A DNA stretch of 64,000 nt from NCBI RefSeq assembly GCF_006345805.1, contig NC_043016.1, forward strand, positions 27,652,001 to 27,716,000. The letters are read 5' to 3'. Source of the DNA: Octopus sinensis (Eukaryota). The translations under genes were made by a program, and so were the position numbers. Below are positions 38,125 through 50,869 of the stretch, in pieces; positions within the stretch are counted from its first letter, which is position 1, and every line of letters begins with the position of its first letter. The notes beneath the pieces were generated by a model. The model was given only the letters and a program-made list of their open reading frames with translations, made no database searches and was not told where the DNA came from.

Positions 38125-39328
38125 TGCATTACAGTAAGCCCTCAACTATCGTGGATGTTACATTCCAAAGACCCTCGCAATAGATGAAAATGCATGAAGT
38201 AGAAACAATACTGTATGTTTTTTTATTTTTATAGTTTGCATATATTTATTTTATTACAAATGCAAAACAACACTATAAAGGAATCAACGTAAGCTTATAT
38301 AATAAACCATGACTGCATTATGGTGAGGGATTACTGTAATATGAATACTCAGCATGAAAGCTAGCTCATCAGATCACAGGTAACGTGGTTACACCAACAA
38401 TTCAACCCTAAATATGCACATGAAATTTCTTTATATACAATGTATGGAAAGCCAAAAATGAACAAAATTAGATTGATTTGGTCAGTAGCATAAGTGGATT
38501 CTGAGAATCATGTGATCAGTAGTAACCACACAATTCTCTGAATCCACTTACACTACTTGTTTATATATGTATAGATACAGTTGCCTGTTTGTCTTCTGTC
38601 TTCCATTCTGTGTGCAATCATCTCTCTCTTTTCTTACAAGAGTTTTGAATATGGCCTACTATTATATTATTGCACCAATCATAGAGATTAAATGTTTGAA
38701 GTATTTAGAGCATGAGCAGTGGGTGGGAATCATCATATCTACTGTACTTCAGTAATTAACTTTACTAATTAAGCATGATGATAATTATCATTGGTACATT
38801 ACTGTGTATACTTTGTACATTACCTACTCTTAACCCTCTCTGAGCCAATGAACAGCTTGCTTAAAATAAAGGCCAAACCCCCCTCCAATCATGCTTTGCT
38901 ATCTGAATGAAGAACACAGTTGCTAACAGTCTACAATGTCCCCTGCCCACCGAAAAAGGGAAAAACTAATGCAATTACTAAGGCTTGCTATTTTGACACA
39001 GCAAGATACTTGAAAGGTATGTGCTGGTGAGGATCATAGGTATGACTTTGGTAAGTGGTGCTACATCATTAAACAAATGTCATTTAGATTTGGTTTTTTA
39101 ACCGTGGAGATGTGTATGATGCAAGGAGGTACATGTATATACATACATGCTCATTTTCCTAGTATTAGTAACATAATAAAATACACAGTAGAATTATGCT
39201 AAATGGAGTAACAACTAGAAACAACCTAGTGTAGGGGTGGGGCCTCTCTAGTCAATGTGTGTAATGCAACAAATATGGCAGGTTTTATCTTCATCTATGG
39301 TGCTAGATGATGTGATCTATCCACTTAA

Positions 39329-39546
39329 CCCTTTCATTACCAACCCAGCTGAAACCAGCTCTGGCTCTGTGTACAAATGTCTTGTTTTCATAAGTTTTGA
39401 ATTAAAATCTTCCACCAAACCTTAGTCACAATTTATGTTCCTAATGCTAGCTGAATGATAACTAAGTTATTTTGCTAAATTCTTTGTTATATTTAAAGTA
39501 ATTAAAAGAAACAGAGCATCTCAAAATAAATACTGTAACAAAAGGG
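39329..39546 (-). mobile_element. piggyBac-type MITE, family 1
   Basis: TTAA flanks at 39325-39328 and 39547-39550; same orientation as the 23505 copy. Confidence 0.9.
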
Positions 39547-40630
39547 TTAATGCTGCATGCAAAAGCTAATGTGGACCAATTTTAGTTAAACCAAAATTAG
39601 AGGTTATTTGGTAATGAATGGTTGTGCTCAGATTTTTCACTTTGCATTGTAGACGGCTAATCAATACTCTGAAGTGTAGTGGATTGAATAGATTCCAATG
39701 GATAGGTATTTATTGTATCAGATCTACTTCAAACAACAGTCATATCTTCTTCAAATGACACTCTACATCATACACGTGTGTGTGTGTGGAATTATAAACA
39801 ACACAAATATATATTATTCTTCTGTATGTTTCACCATTGCAGTTGTTTGGAACTTTGTTCCAGGTGTAATTCAATGCTTGACCACAACAGATCACCACAG
39901 AACACTTTATTGCAATGTGTCACAAAGAACTAATGTCTAGAGTTGGGTAGATTGTAAAACATTTTATATAAGTATTTTGAGAGGGAAGATGAAATGCACT
40001 GCTTTTGTTTCAGTTAATTTTGAAAATAACTAAGAGTTTAGTGAAACAGCTTTGTTATCAAGTTAGTGTTTGGAACTTAAATAAACATGGAATTTTGATG
40101 GAAGGCTTTAATTTAGGTCACTTTAAAACAGGAATATTGTATGAAAATTGGGGGTGGTCTTAGATGGGTTGGTATCAAAAGGGTTGATATTATTTGAACC
40201 TAAAACCTCAAGTAAATGATACTGTAAATCATTGGAGATGTGACATGTTTAAACCAGCATTTTATTTTCATTGGTTCATAATACTTTTTATTTTTTTATG
40301 GCTAAGATATCTCACATTTAAAATATGTATCTAGCAAACATTCTGAAACTATTCTTCTGTCCTAACTGATAAGATGTTGGATGTGTTAAATTATTCTGTA
40401 TGTATATGAAGCTTGTCATGATAACTCTGTCGTGTGTGTCTGTAGTTTATGAAATTTTCTAATTAGATCCCAACTTCACCTGTTTGGAGTTATCTGCCAT
40501 ACTTGACTAACATTATTTCCTCAACAGATACTTACTTCTAGTTAGGTCATTTAAAGTTGTATTAAATATGTTAATATTGACTTGCCAATTAATTTCTTAG
40601 TATCATATATTTCATTCTACATTTCTAAAT

Positions 40631-40658
40631 GTTTTCTTTTTTTCTTTTTTTTTTCCAG
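40631..40658 (+). other. 3' splice site of the coding exon
   Basis: Long polypyrimidine tract ending TTTTCCAG at 40658. An in-frame TGA at 40697-40699 shows that 40659-40726 is 5' UTR. Confidence 0.8.
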
Positions 40659-40726
40659 ATTGTTTTATAAGGCAACTATTTAAGTAGCCATTTATTTGAA
40701 AGACATTCGACTGGTTTCGCTACATA

Positions 40727-42028
40727 ATGGCTCAAAATGATCTTCAACTTTCAAATGAAAATACCCACAGCCAGAGTGGTTCTGAAGAAGACTCAATGGA
40801 TGTATGTGATAACACTTTAGAAACATCTCAGGAAAGCAAACCAGACCGAAGTCGAAGAAAAGGCAGTGATGTTCATCAACTAAAACAATCAACTCTTGAA
40901 GATCCTAGACGTGATTCTTCTCCTCGGGAAAGCTATATGCAAGATATACCTCTAGATTTTTCTATGCCAAAACGAAAAGATGACATAGATTCTTTAAGCA
41001 ATTCACCAAAACATGAAATTCACTCTCCATTCATATCCTCTTCGCCTCCACATACAATGGTTTCGGGAAGAAATTCTTCCAATATATATAATGACTGTGG
41101 TGGCACTAATGGCTGTGTGTCTCCTGTTGATATGCCATCTGAACATATTTTATCTGGTCCTTGTGACAGCAAATCTTCAGATGCCATGTCAACTTCACTT
41201 GTGAATGGTCAGCTGATTGATGCTGGCATGTCCTCGGATTTTCTTCTCAGAGAAAGATCTCATTCTTTTTCCTCCTCTTCTCTGCTAAAACAAAGGCACC
41301 ATGCCATTCCTCAACGCCAGCCTCGAAGTGGAGTTTGGCGAGGTGGTGGTCAACTACGACCTCATCACATGAATGAAACTGCACTAATGTCTGCTATTGC
41401 TGCTAATACAGTTGGATATTCAGAGCTTATATCACCACATCCACCTGGGTGTACATCCCCTATTCTTGGAAATGTACAGAGTGTAGGAAATGAAGAAGTG
41501 TTATCAATGTACAAAGATCACATGCACAAGTTAGGTGGGGTTGATAAACATCGCTATACATTCCTTGCCTCTGGCATTCCCAGTTGTGTTACCGAAAGTG
41601 TCAGTGGTAACAGTATTATAGCTTCTCTCCCGAATATGTTAGCGCCATCCATACCATCGACAGCTGGGCGACACTCTACAGCAACAGCCAGTGCCACTGC
41701 TGCAACAAACTGTATTTCATCCTCAATAACTCCGCCCTCTACATCCTCCATATCCTCCACATCACCAAGCTGTACTATGGTAACAACTACCCCTGCCAAA
41801 AGGCGTCCCAGGTCCCTGCCAGACAACCAAAAAGATGAAGCTTACTGGGAAAGGAGACGGAAAAACAACGAAGCTGCTAAACGTTCTCGAGATGCTAGAA
41901 GAATGAAGGAGGAGGAAATAGCTTTGCGAGCATCATTTCTGGAACAAGAAAATCTAAAACTCAAAGTTGAAGTTGCTTCTTTAAAAACAGAAACAGCCAA
42001 GCTGAAATGTCTGTTATTCAACAGTTAA
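40727..42028 (+). CDS. gt: Giant-like PAR-family bZIP transcription factor, 433 aa, single coding exon
   Basis: C-terminal [55 protein letters not shown] with a four-leucine heptad zipper. [19 protein letters not shown] and EEEIALRA resemble Giant/CES-2-like proteins more than HLF/TEF/DBP. PLDFS motif at aa 75-79; Ser/Thr-rich N-terminus. The family call is firm; orthology to giant is inferred. Confidence 0.93.
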   Translation: MAQNDLQLSNENTHSQSGSEEDSMDVCDNTLETSQESKPDRSRRKGSDVHQLKQSTLEDPRRDSSPRESYMQDIPLDFSMPKRKDDIDSLSNSPKHEIHSPFISSSPPHTMVSGRNSSNIYNDCGGTNGCVSPVDMPSEHILSGPCDSKSSDAMSTSLVNGQLIDAGMSSDFLLRERSHSFSSSSLLKQRHHAIPQRQPRSGVWRGGGQLRPHHMNETALMSAIAANTVGYSELISPHPPGCTSPILGNVQSVGNEEVLSMYKDHMHKLGGVDKHRYTFLASGIPSCVTESVSGNSIIASLPNMLAPSIPSTAGRHSTATASATAATNCISSSITPPSTSSISSTSPSCTMVTTTPAKRRPRSLPDNQKDEAYWERRRKNNEAAKRSRDARRMKEEEIALRASFLEQENLKLKVEVASLKTETAKLKCLLFNS

Positions 42029-44085
42029 GGGACTTCATTTTTTTTTTTTTTTTTTTTCCAAAGAGAAAATTTTTTGTGTGTCCATTGAAAACTAAATTTT
42101 TTTTTCACCAAATCCCCATCCCTCACACACATACATACACACACACCCAGAATACTCCATTCATTCCTTCTGATCTTTTTTCTTCAAGTGTTCACATTTG
42201 GTGCATTTATCTTTTTACAGACACTTTGTATTATTATTTGTACTTTTTTTTTCTCTTTTTACTGTAGTATTTTTTCACTTTTCTGTTTCGTTTCGTTTTT
42301 TTTTTTTTTTTTTATCTAAATATATGGTCATCATCGTTATCATCTACCAGGATGTACTTTCCACAAAGGTACAATAGCAAATGTGCTACATATCCTTTTC
42401 TATATAATCAGCTGTCTCGGCACCACTGTCATCCATCACTCCATAATTAATTTCCCCTCATTATAAATGTTGAAGCTATTAGTATTAAAACTGTGCAGCA
42501 GCAGTATGCATTGTTCAATATTAATCTGATTCAAGAGATTATATCTCATACAAACACATGTAGGGGTGTATACATGCATATCATCTTGTTTAAATTAGTT
42601 TCATAATATGTTAACATTCCTTACAGTCTAACAAACAATAAATTGGCTCAAAACCTGTTACGTGTGCCATGTTTGTGCTCTGCATGTTTTCAGTTGCCAA
42701 CCACTTTACAGTGTGAATTTGGTATGTCTTGTACCACTGGCACCAGTAGAGATTGTCTGCAATGGAGGTTATGAATACCCTTCTGCAAGTTCTCAAAGGC
42801 AGGTTGCCTTAGCTGTGACTTGCACAGATTCATGTCTCCTTTGATTCTTTCTCTGTATGTATGTGTGAAATAGAAATATGGCAAGAGGCAGGGACAGGGT
42901 ATGTGTATGTATGTTATATACAAATGATCTGTGTGTATGTGTGTGTCTGTGCATATAAAACAGATGGTGCAGGTTACTGATTTGAGGATGACTAATTATT
43001 TCTGATAAAAGGCGTCCCATTTTCATCTTGCAATCTTGTGGATGGTGTACCAGTAATACACTGCTGTAACAATCCAGTTATTTCTTCTTCTTCCTAAGTC
43101 AGTTACCATCTGCAATGACCTTTTTTTTTAAATTTTTTTTCCTAAGGAGTGTTGGCATCATACATTCTATTTATGGTTTTCATACCATTTTATTCTGATG
43201 ATAATGATGATAGTAGCCTAATGTTCATTTTCCATAACATAAATTTTTTTATTATGGCAAATGACCCATATCTTGCCATTAAATGAAAGAAAATCCAAGA
43301 CTGCTTATATATATATATATATATATATATAGTTTTGTTTTGAAGCTGAGACTTCACAGCTAATTTCATATTCCCTGACACTAACACACACACACACACA
43401 GATAGGTGTATATATTTTGTTTCATTCTTTTGTTTATAATTTAGATTTTGGTTTTTTTTTTTCTTTCTTACTTTCCTTCTACTGTAACTGAGCAGGATTG
43501 GATCTCAGGGAAAATGTAGACTAACTCACTTGCTCATTCTGGGTTGTTGTTGTTGATTGTTTCATTTTTTTAACCCCCCTCCTGTAAATCTGTGGGTGTT
43601 TTGTTTTTTGTTTAATAAGGAACTACATAAAAATACAACCAATTGTAACCCAAGATTGAAAAGAAACAATAATTTGTTTCTTTAACTCTGTTACATTTGT
43701 ATGAAAAGGGTTTTTGTGTTTTCTATGAGTGTATATATTGTCATTTTGTCTTTTATTGTTGGGTTTTATTATGTATGTGTGTATATTTATGTATATATAT
43801 ATATATATTATATATTTCATATATATGTATTGCATATATATATTCTACATTTATATATATTATATCTTATAGCATAAATATAATATATATAGTATTTTAT
43901 ATATATTATAAATATAATATATGTATTATATATAATAATTGTATATATAATGTATATTATATAATATATATATAACATTTGTTATATGATTATTATATAT
44001 ATGCTGATCTCTTTTGAAATCAAAAGCTTTTCTTTTTGATTTTAAAACTTAAAAACTCTTTTTTTACAAAAAATGAAAATTGAAA

Positions 44086-44091
44086 AATAAA
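44086..44091 (+). terminator. Candidate polyadenylation signal
   Basis: AATAAA ~2 kb after the stop, followed by U/GU-rich sequence; one of several possible signals. Confidence 0.3.
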
Positions 44092-47000
44092 GTACCAAAA
44101 TACCGGTAAATTTGTTAAAAAAAAAAATTTTTTTTTTCAAATCACACATGTTGTGATGTGGATTGATTTCCAGTTTGATTTTTGTTATTTTCTGTTTCTA
44201 GTTTTCTTTTCTTTTTTTTTTATCTTTTGTTTAGATTTTCTCCAAGTATTGTGTTTCTTTAATATTTTACAAGTATTATTTGTTTGTCAGTTTTCAGTGT
44301 CCAAAAAAATTATTATTTAAAAATTGTCATTTTTTTTTTTTTTGACAATTTCATTTTCTCCAAAATCCAAAACTATGAAATGAAGGCTCATTCAAAAATA
44401 AGTCTCAATTTTTTTTTTTTTTTTTTCCGTCCTGTGTCTGTTAATTTTATTCACAATACATTTCCCATAACATTATAAAACTAATTTATTACTCCACCCA
44501 CCCCCTCCTCTTTTCCTTTTGCATTTCTCATGGTCATTCATTTATATCTCAATATAAGTACATTTCATTTCAGCACTGATGTTGTTAGACATCTAGACAC
44601 ATTTTCACTTTTTTTTCTTTTTCTCTTTTCTCTATCCTGGTGCAGGGGAGAATATATCGTAATTTTATCTAGGCTTTTGGTTTCCACAGACAACCACTTT
44701 TCTCTCCTCCATCGTACCATATAAGCATTTCTCTTTAACCTTTCAAACCAAAGCTCTTTTTTGTTTCATCCCTTCCCTTGCTGCCTCCTGGATTATAGTT
44801 GAAGTGAGGTCCCACAGGCAATAAATTGAGCTGGGTTTTTTTTTCTTTTTTTTTTTTCCTGCAAGTTTAATCAGGGACTAATGTATGTTTAATGCATTGA
44901 CTATTGCTAGTTTTACTTTCAAACAATTATTCACAGGAATTAAAATAACTGATTGGACATATATATATATGATATATTATACAAATACAGAAATTTTTTT
45001 TACATTGGTTAAATGTTTAATTATCCTCTCTATATATATATAAATACATGGCAGGTAAAAGAAGCTATCCTTTTTCTCAATCCAGCCTCCACGATAAACA
45101 TACGGGTTTTATTTGTGTGTGTACGTGTGTGTGTGCGTCATTCATCACTCTGTCTGCTTTCCATGTTGGCATGGGTTGGACAGGCTATCATAAGCCAAGT
45201 CATGTCTTGTTCAGATATTGCCCTCCTAGAAAGGCTGTAGGACCTATCTAGGTCAGTCTTGAGGGGTTTTTTTTTTAATCCTATAGTTTCCATTGGTATC
45301 CACCCTTTCTACCACCAACCACATTATGGGATGTAGTGAATGTATTATATATCACTTCCTCTCTACACTACATAGCCTCTCCATTTGTCCAAGGTTAGAC
45401 AAGACCAAGAGGCTGGATTTACAGCTATTGAATGCTGTCCTTCATTACACAGGTGGCATTGCACAGTGGATAGGAAACAGGATGAGGTGGGTATTTAGCA
45501 GAAATGTAATGGGTGAGGTAGTGGTAAAGGGTATTGGTAGAGTGGGGTTGCATATGGAGAGATAAAATAGCATCTCTTACAGAGACAGGGTGGATAGAGG
45601 AGAGGGAGATGGAGACACTAATAGATAGTTTAATAGGAATATAATTGGTGAGAGAGCTTCTTGTACATACCAGCATCCATCACCACTCCCATTTTATGAA
45701 CAAGTAGCAATATTTACACCAATGGGAGGGTATTCTACACGTCACGGTCCTTTGTCAACTTCTTAAGAGCAGTCTTCACTTTTTATCCCATGTCTTATCA
45801 AATTCCTCTCTTCCACAGATTCCAATCATTTCAAACACTGAACTTATGTATACAGCTCTCATCCTTCATACACAGGCCCTTACCAGTATAAGTCTCTCTT
45901 AAACAATACATCTAATTCATCTCATAACCAATGCTCCTCTCAGACCATTTATACTTCACATTTTGTGCTCACTTCAAATTTATCTTCTTTTTTTTTTCCC
46001 CTAGTCCCTTGAACTCGAATAATTACAAGTTACAAACTATCTTATGGTCACATTTTTCTAGTCTTCATGATTACTGGATAGTGTTAATTATCAAAATCTC
46101 TGATTTATATGAATGACATGAATTGAAAGTAGCCTTATCTTTAAATTAACTGCTTATAATACTGTATTTTCTGACATGTAAAATGTGCCAGTTTCAGGGA
46201 ATCTTTCTTAAGCAAATTGTAATTTTCAACATTTACTACACTAAATGATATATCATATAAAATATAACCAGTTTTTAGAGTAGAATGTTGCCACTTTTAA
46301 CTGACAGCAAACATAAATTCTAGGGTCTAACAAGGTCATATATGTGAAATTAGAGTTGCCTTCCAACTCTAATCAGTTTCTTAACTGCTAATTTGTCCCA
46401 ATTGAATAGAGGGCTTTTCTAGATATGACTTCGATATTTGGCCCGCTTCAGCATATTTGCTGATTCTTCTAAATTGAAAACACTAGCATTGGTACATGAG
46501 TAAGGTTCATCCAATGCAGTCTAATTACAGTAGTAAACAAACTATGTAGAGTACACATCTGTCCTCTAGCAGAAACTTTAACAGGTTGTATGCCAGAAGT
46601 ACATTTGTGATCCAAATCAGCTGATTAAAAGAGAGTATCATTATGATTATATATCCCCTTACATAGCTCAAAGAATAGAGGTGTACATATATGTAACTGC
46701 TGTTAAAAGGTTAACTTCATTTAGAGTTGACAATCATACATATTCACTGATTTGATTTTTTCACAAAATATCTTCTTTACCAAAATTGTATTTGCATTCT
46801 CAACTACAACACCTTGGAAGTGAGTGAGTGGCATTCCACTTAAAATCTCTACTTCAAACTAAAAACATGACTATCACAAATGTTGCCTCCAAAGGTGACA
46901 TGTTTCAGACAGTGATCCAATCTGTATACTTGTGAAACAATGCTGTCCTTAGTAAATGTGGTATTTTAAATGTCATCCAATATATATAGTGAAAATTTTA

Positions 47001-47460
47001 GTTGCAATATAGAAGAGAGCAAATGGGAATGGTGGGTAATTTTTTTCTCCTTCATAACGGTGCAACCAATTTCACTTAGAAATAGAAATCACTTTCATGA
47101 CATTAGAAACATTGATTAATGACTATGGTAGATCAACAAATCTAGTGTTGATGATGTTTAGGACTACAGGTTAGGGTTAGAACTGTTATGTCACCTGAAA
47201 CTAATTCAGCTTTATTTATAGCACGCTTCTGTTAAATAGACACTCCACTAATAGTATTTGAAGCTGGTGGACTTCCTTTCATCCAAAATACAAAGTCATG
47301 GATACGTGAAAGGGGTCGACTCTCTCTAACTCGGAGAGGGAGAGTATTTAATAAGATCTTGAGTTTACTTCACCCCTTTCTAGATGGAGCACACTAACAT
47401 TTCCAATAAGGAGGGAGAAAGCCTTATTGATGATTTTTTTCTTCCTTCTGTGTGTACGTG

Positions 47461-47502
<42 letters not shown>

Positions 47503-50500
47503 ACACACAAATATACACAATGATCAGAAATTTAAAAAGTTTTAAGGTGGGAGAAATGTTTGCTAAATTATTTGAACAGGTAGATCAATGTTTTATTTTA
47601 TGCTTTTTTTTATTTAAATGATTGCTTAAATCTTACATTAAGATTTAGGTGGACATAACCATGATTCAATCATTACCTTTCTGCATGCAATTTGTAGCTG
47701 TTTTTGTTTTTGATAGTATTAACATAAAACCACTTTCATGTTTTCGTGCTTGTGTTTGTTCTTGTCATCAACTGTAGTTTTTTTATTTTGGGTATGGCAC
47801 AGAAGGATTAATTTTTCTTTTCTTTTTTTTTTTTTTTTTTAAAGTTAATCCTAATGTTTCAAATCCACTGACTGTAGTAGTAGTAGTAGTGGTGGTGGTA
47901 GTTGTAGTGAAAGTAGTTTGTAGTTGTAATGAAGCATTTTTTACTGTAGTTCCACATTTTCATTTCATTTTTGTTTTACCAAATTAAAATACGGGTTTGT
48001 AGAATGTTTTCTTTTCACATTTTTCTTAATGCTTTAATTCTGCACAATTGCTTTTAGAATTTATGTGGATTAAAGTATATTTGGACAAATTTCTTGTTCC
48101 CTCCTTTCCACACACAAATACTTACCATATAAATTGGTTTTTATGGTAGATACAGATTAGAAGGTGGTACCCATGATTTGTTTAAAGAGCCTCTAAGACT
48201 GGTAATGGAGATTTTAAGTGAGAGGGTGACTGTGGTAATAAGGAAGTAACACATGAATATTTTGGAGTGTTCTTAGGTCAGACCTTCTGTGAATGTATGT
48301 AACAGAGTGGACTTTATTAAAAGGACCGAAGCATCACGTAGTGATGGGTTAAATCTAAAAGCAGATATAGTCTAAGAGGTTTCTGCCTAACCAATTTTTC
48401 GAACACAGCTCTGGTTGATCTGAAATTATGATAGAAGACTCTTGCCCAACCAAAGTTCCATGCAGTGCAATCAAATCCAATACTTGGTAATTGTGAGGTC
48501 TCTCTTAACCACACGGTCGTATTTGGTTGTTTCTCACAATGTGTCTACATATAAAAAGCTTGCAGTTTATCCTACCTGTTAGAACATCTGCTTCAAAAGT
48601 TTTATTTAAAACAGATGGAAAACCATGACAAAGTTGTTTTATGACTTAATGCTAGTATGTAATTAAGAGATTAAGTTTTTTATTATTACTAACCATAAAA
48701 ATTAATATGCATGGAATGAAAGCATCAGTTCCTCAATGTAAAGGCGTGGAACAATCTTCAACTAAACCACTCAGGGAGACAATTCATGTATATTAAATAC
48801 TTGCTTTTGTGTGTGCATATACATGGCACCATTTTTTTTATTTCTTTTTAATTTATTAATAGAATACTTATGTATGCATACATGAATACATATATATATA
48901 TATCTGCACATGTACATATATATTTATACACACGTGCATGTGTATATATACATTCATGCATATATATATATACACACACACACATGCAACTTTTTTTAAA
49001 CACATTCTCAAATTTATTTCAATCATATTGTATAAAATAAGTTATCAAAATATACTCAGGTACTAAACATAAGCACATTTCCTGGGTAGATTTGTTTCTA
49101 AAACTTTAGTGAAAGTGCATCTGGCAGGGTTTGGTGGGGGGGGGGGGGGGACTTTAACTTGGGTCCTTGTACTGAGAGAAAAAAGAAGTAAAATGTTAAT
49201 TAATCCTTAAATTGTTTTGTACAACCCAAAGTACGTTTGTATGACTGAATATTTGGGTGCAGTGCGAACATTTCAGTACTTTTTTTTTTTTTTTTTTCCC
49301 AAACTATTTCTAATATGTGGCTTTTATTGTATATAAGTTTTGGTTTCTGTTCCATTCATATGTAATTTTTAAAATTATATTTATATTTTAACTTCTGGAA
49401 ATTTCCATGTTTCTACTACAGAAATGAAGTGAAGCAAATTCCTTTCTGATACTTCTCAAGCGAAATTAGGCAGTTTTATTTATTAATCTTTGTTAAACAA
49501 TTGTCTCTTTTATATCAGTCTGCCTGGCAATCTGATACAAATAAATTGATCACTTTCAATAACCTACAGTAGGTTTTTTTTTTTTTTTTTTTAACCTTAT
49601 GTGAGATTAGACCAGGCTTGAATCATCTGACATTCCCTCCCGACTACAATCCTGTTCTTACCTTGTGCATTGTTTATCAATGGATTTCACTTTATTTTAC
49701 TTAGGAGATGGGTGCTGTCACAAGACAGCAGTCTATAAATTTACATTTTAGCTATGCTAAGGAATATCTTAAGTATATTAGGGTTTTTTTTTTTATCAGC
49801 ATTCATGTTTTTAAATGGTAAATGTAGGTGGAATATGTTGAATGTAACATGTTGTTCACTTTTATGTGTGTGTGTGATTGTGTTCTTACAACAATATTTA
49901 TGAACCAGTTTCTTTATCATTTTGAATATTTTCTAGTGTACTCCTTTTTTCACTGTACATATGTATGTGTCTATTCCTGTTATGTTGGCGTATATATATT
50001 TATATTGTGGGTTGTATGTGTGTACATTCATAAACATAAGTATATGTAGTGTATGGGTGGGTGGGTGCAAATAAACACAGTGTATGTACAGAGTGAAAGG
50101 AAAGCCAAATGATGGTCAAAATTCCAGGAAGAAGAAACAAGAAAAATAGCTGTATTAAAATATTCATTTATTTATTTGTTCATCTTATCACTAATCCAAC
50201 CATCAGCATTTTGATCATTATAAATGATCTTTCCTCTCAAGTACACATTCATTAATTTGAAATGAAATAAGCAAAAAAAAATTATCCAATGATTAAAAGC
50301 CACTGAAATTCCTCTGTTATTGGCCACTTTGCACATATCTACTGAAAATCCATGTGGAAACTAAATACTTTCTTATCACTCCCCCCTCCCCCCACATCAT
50401 TTCTTTGTTTACTGCTTAAATCCTTTGTGATTATTGCATGATCTCTTTAATAGAATTTTCAAACCATTTATTTTATTTTATTTTTTGCAGAAATATTCTA

Positions 50501-50831
50501 TAAACTTGTGATTCTCATATTTATTTCCACACCCACATACACACACACTTTTTTTTTTTTTTTTTCAAATATTTATAGCATCTATGGTTCATGCCATCTC
50601 CTCACTATCAGGTTTCATTAATTTTTTTTCTTCAGTATCCACTCCCCTGTCCCATCCACATGCTCATGTTTTTGCTCATGAATTATCTTTTTTTGTGTGT
50701 GTGTTGTGTATGTATATATTGTTTGGTTTTGGTTGTCATCAGGTATTTAAAAGTTTCTTTGGAGGATGTTTTTTTTTTTTATTCCCCAAGACAAACCAAA
50801 ATTTTCATCTCAGTTTGACCCCTTAATATTT

Positions 50832-50869
<38 letters not shown>

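Noticed and set aside
40692-41826. Antisense and alternative-frame ORFs overlapping the bZIP CDS
   Set aside because: Short shadows of the real coding frame with no domain features.
49130-49150. Poly-G run as a G-quadruplex element
   Set aside because: Simple homopolymer with no supporting context.
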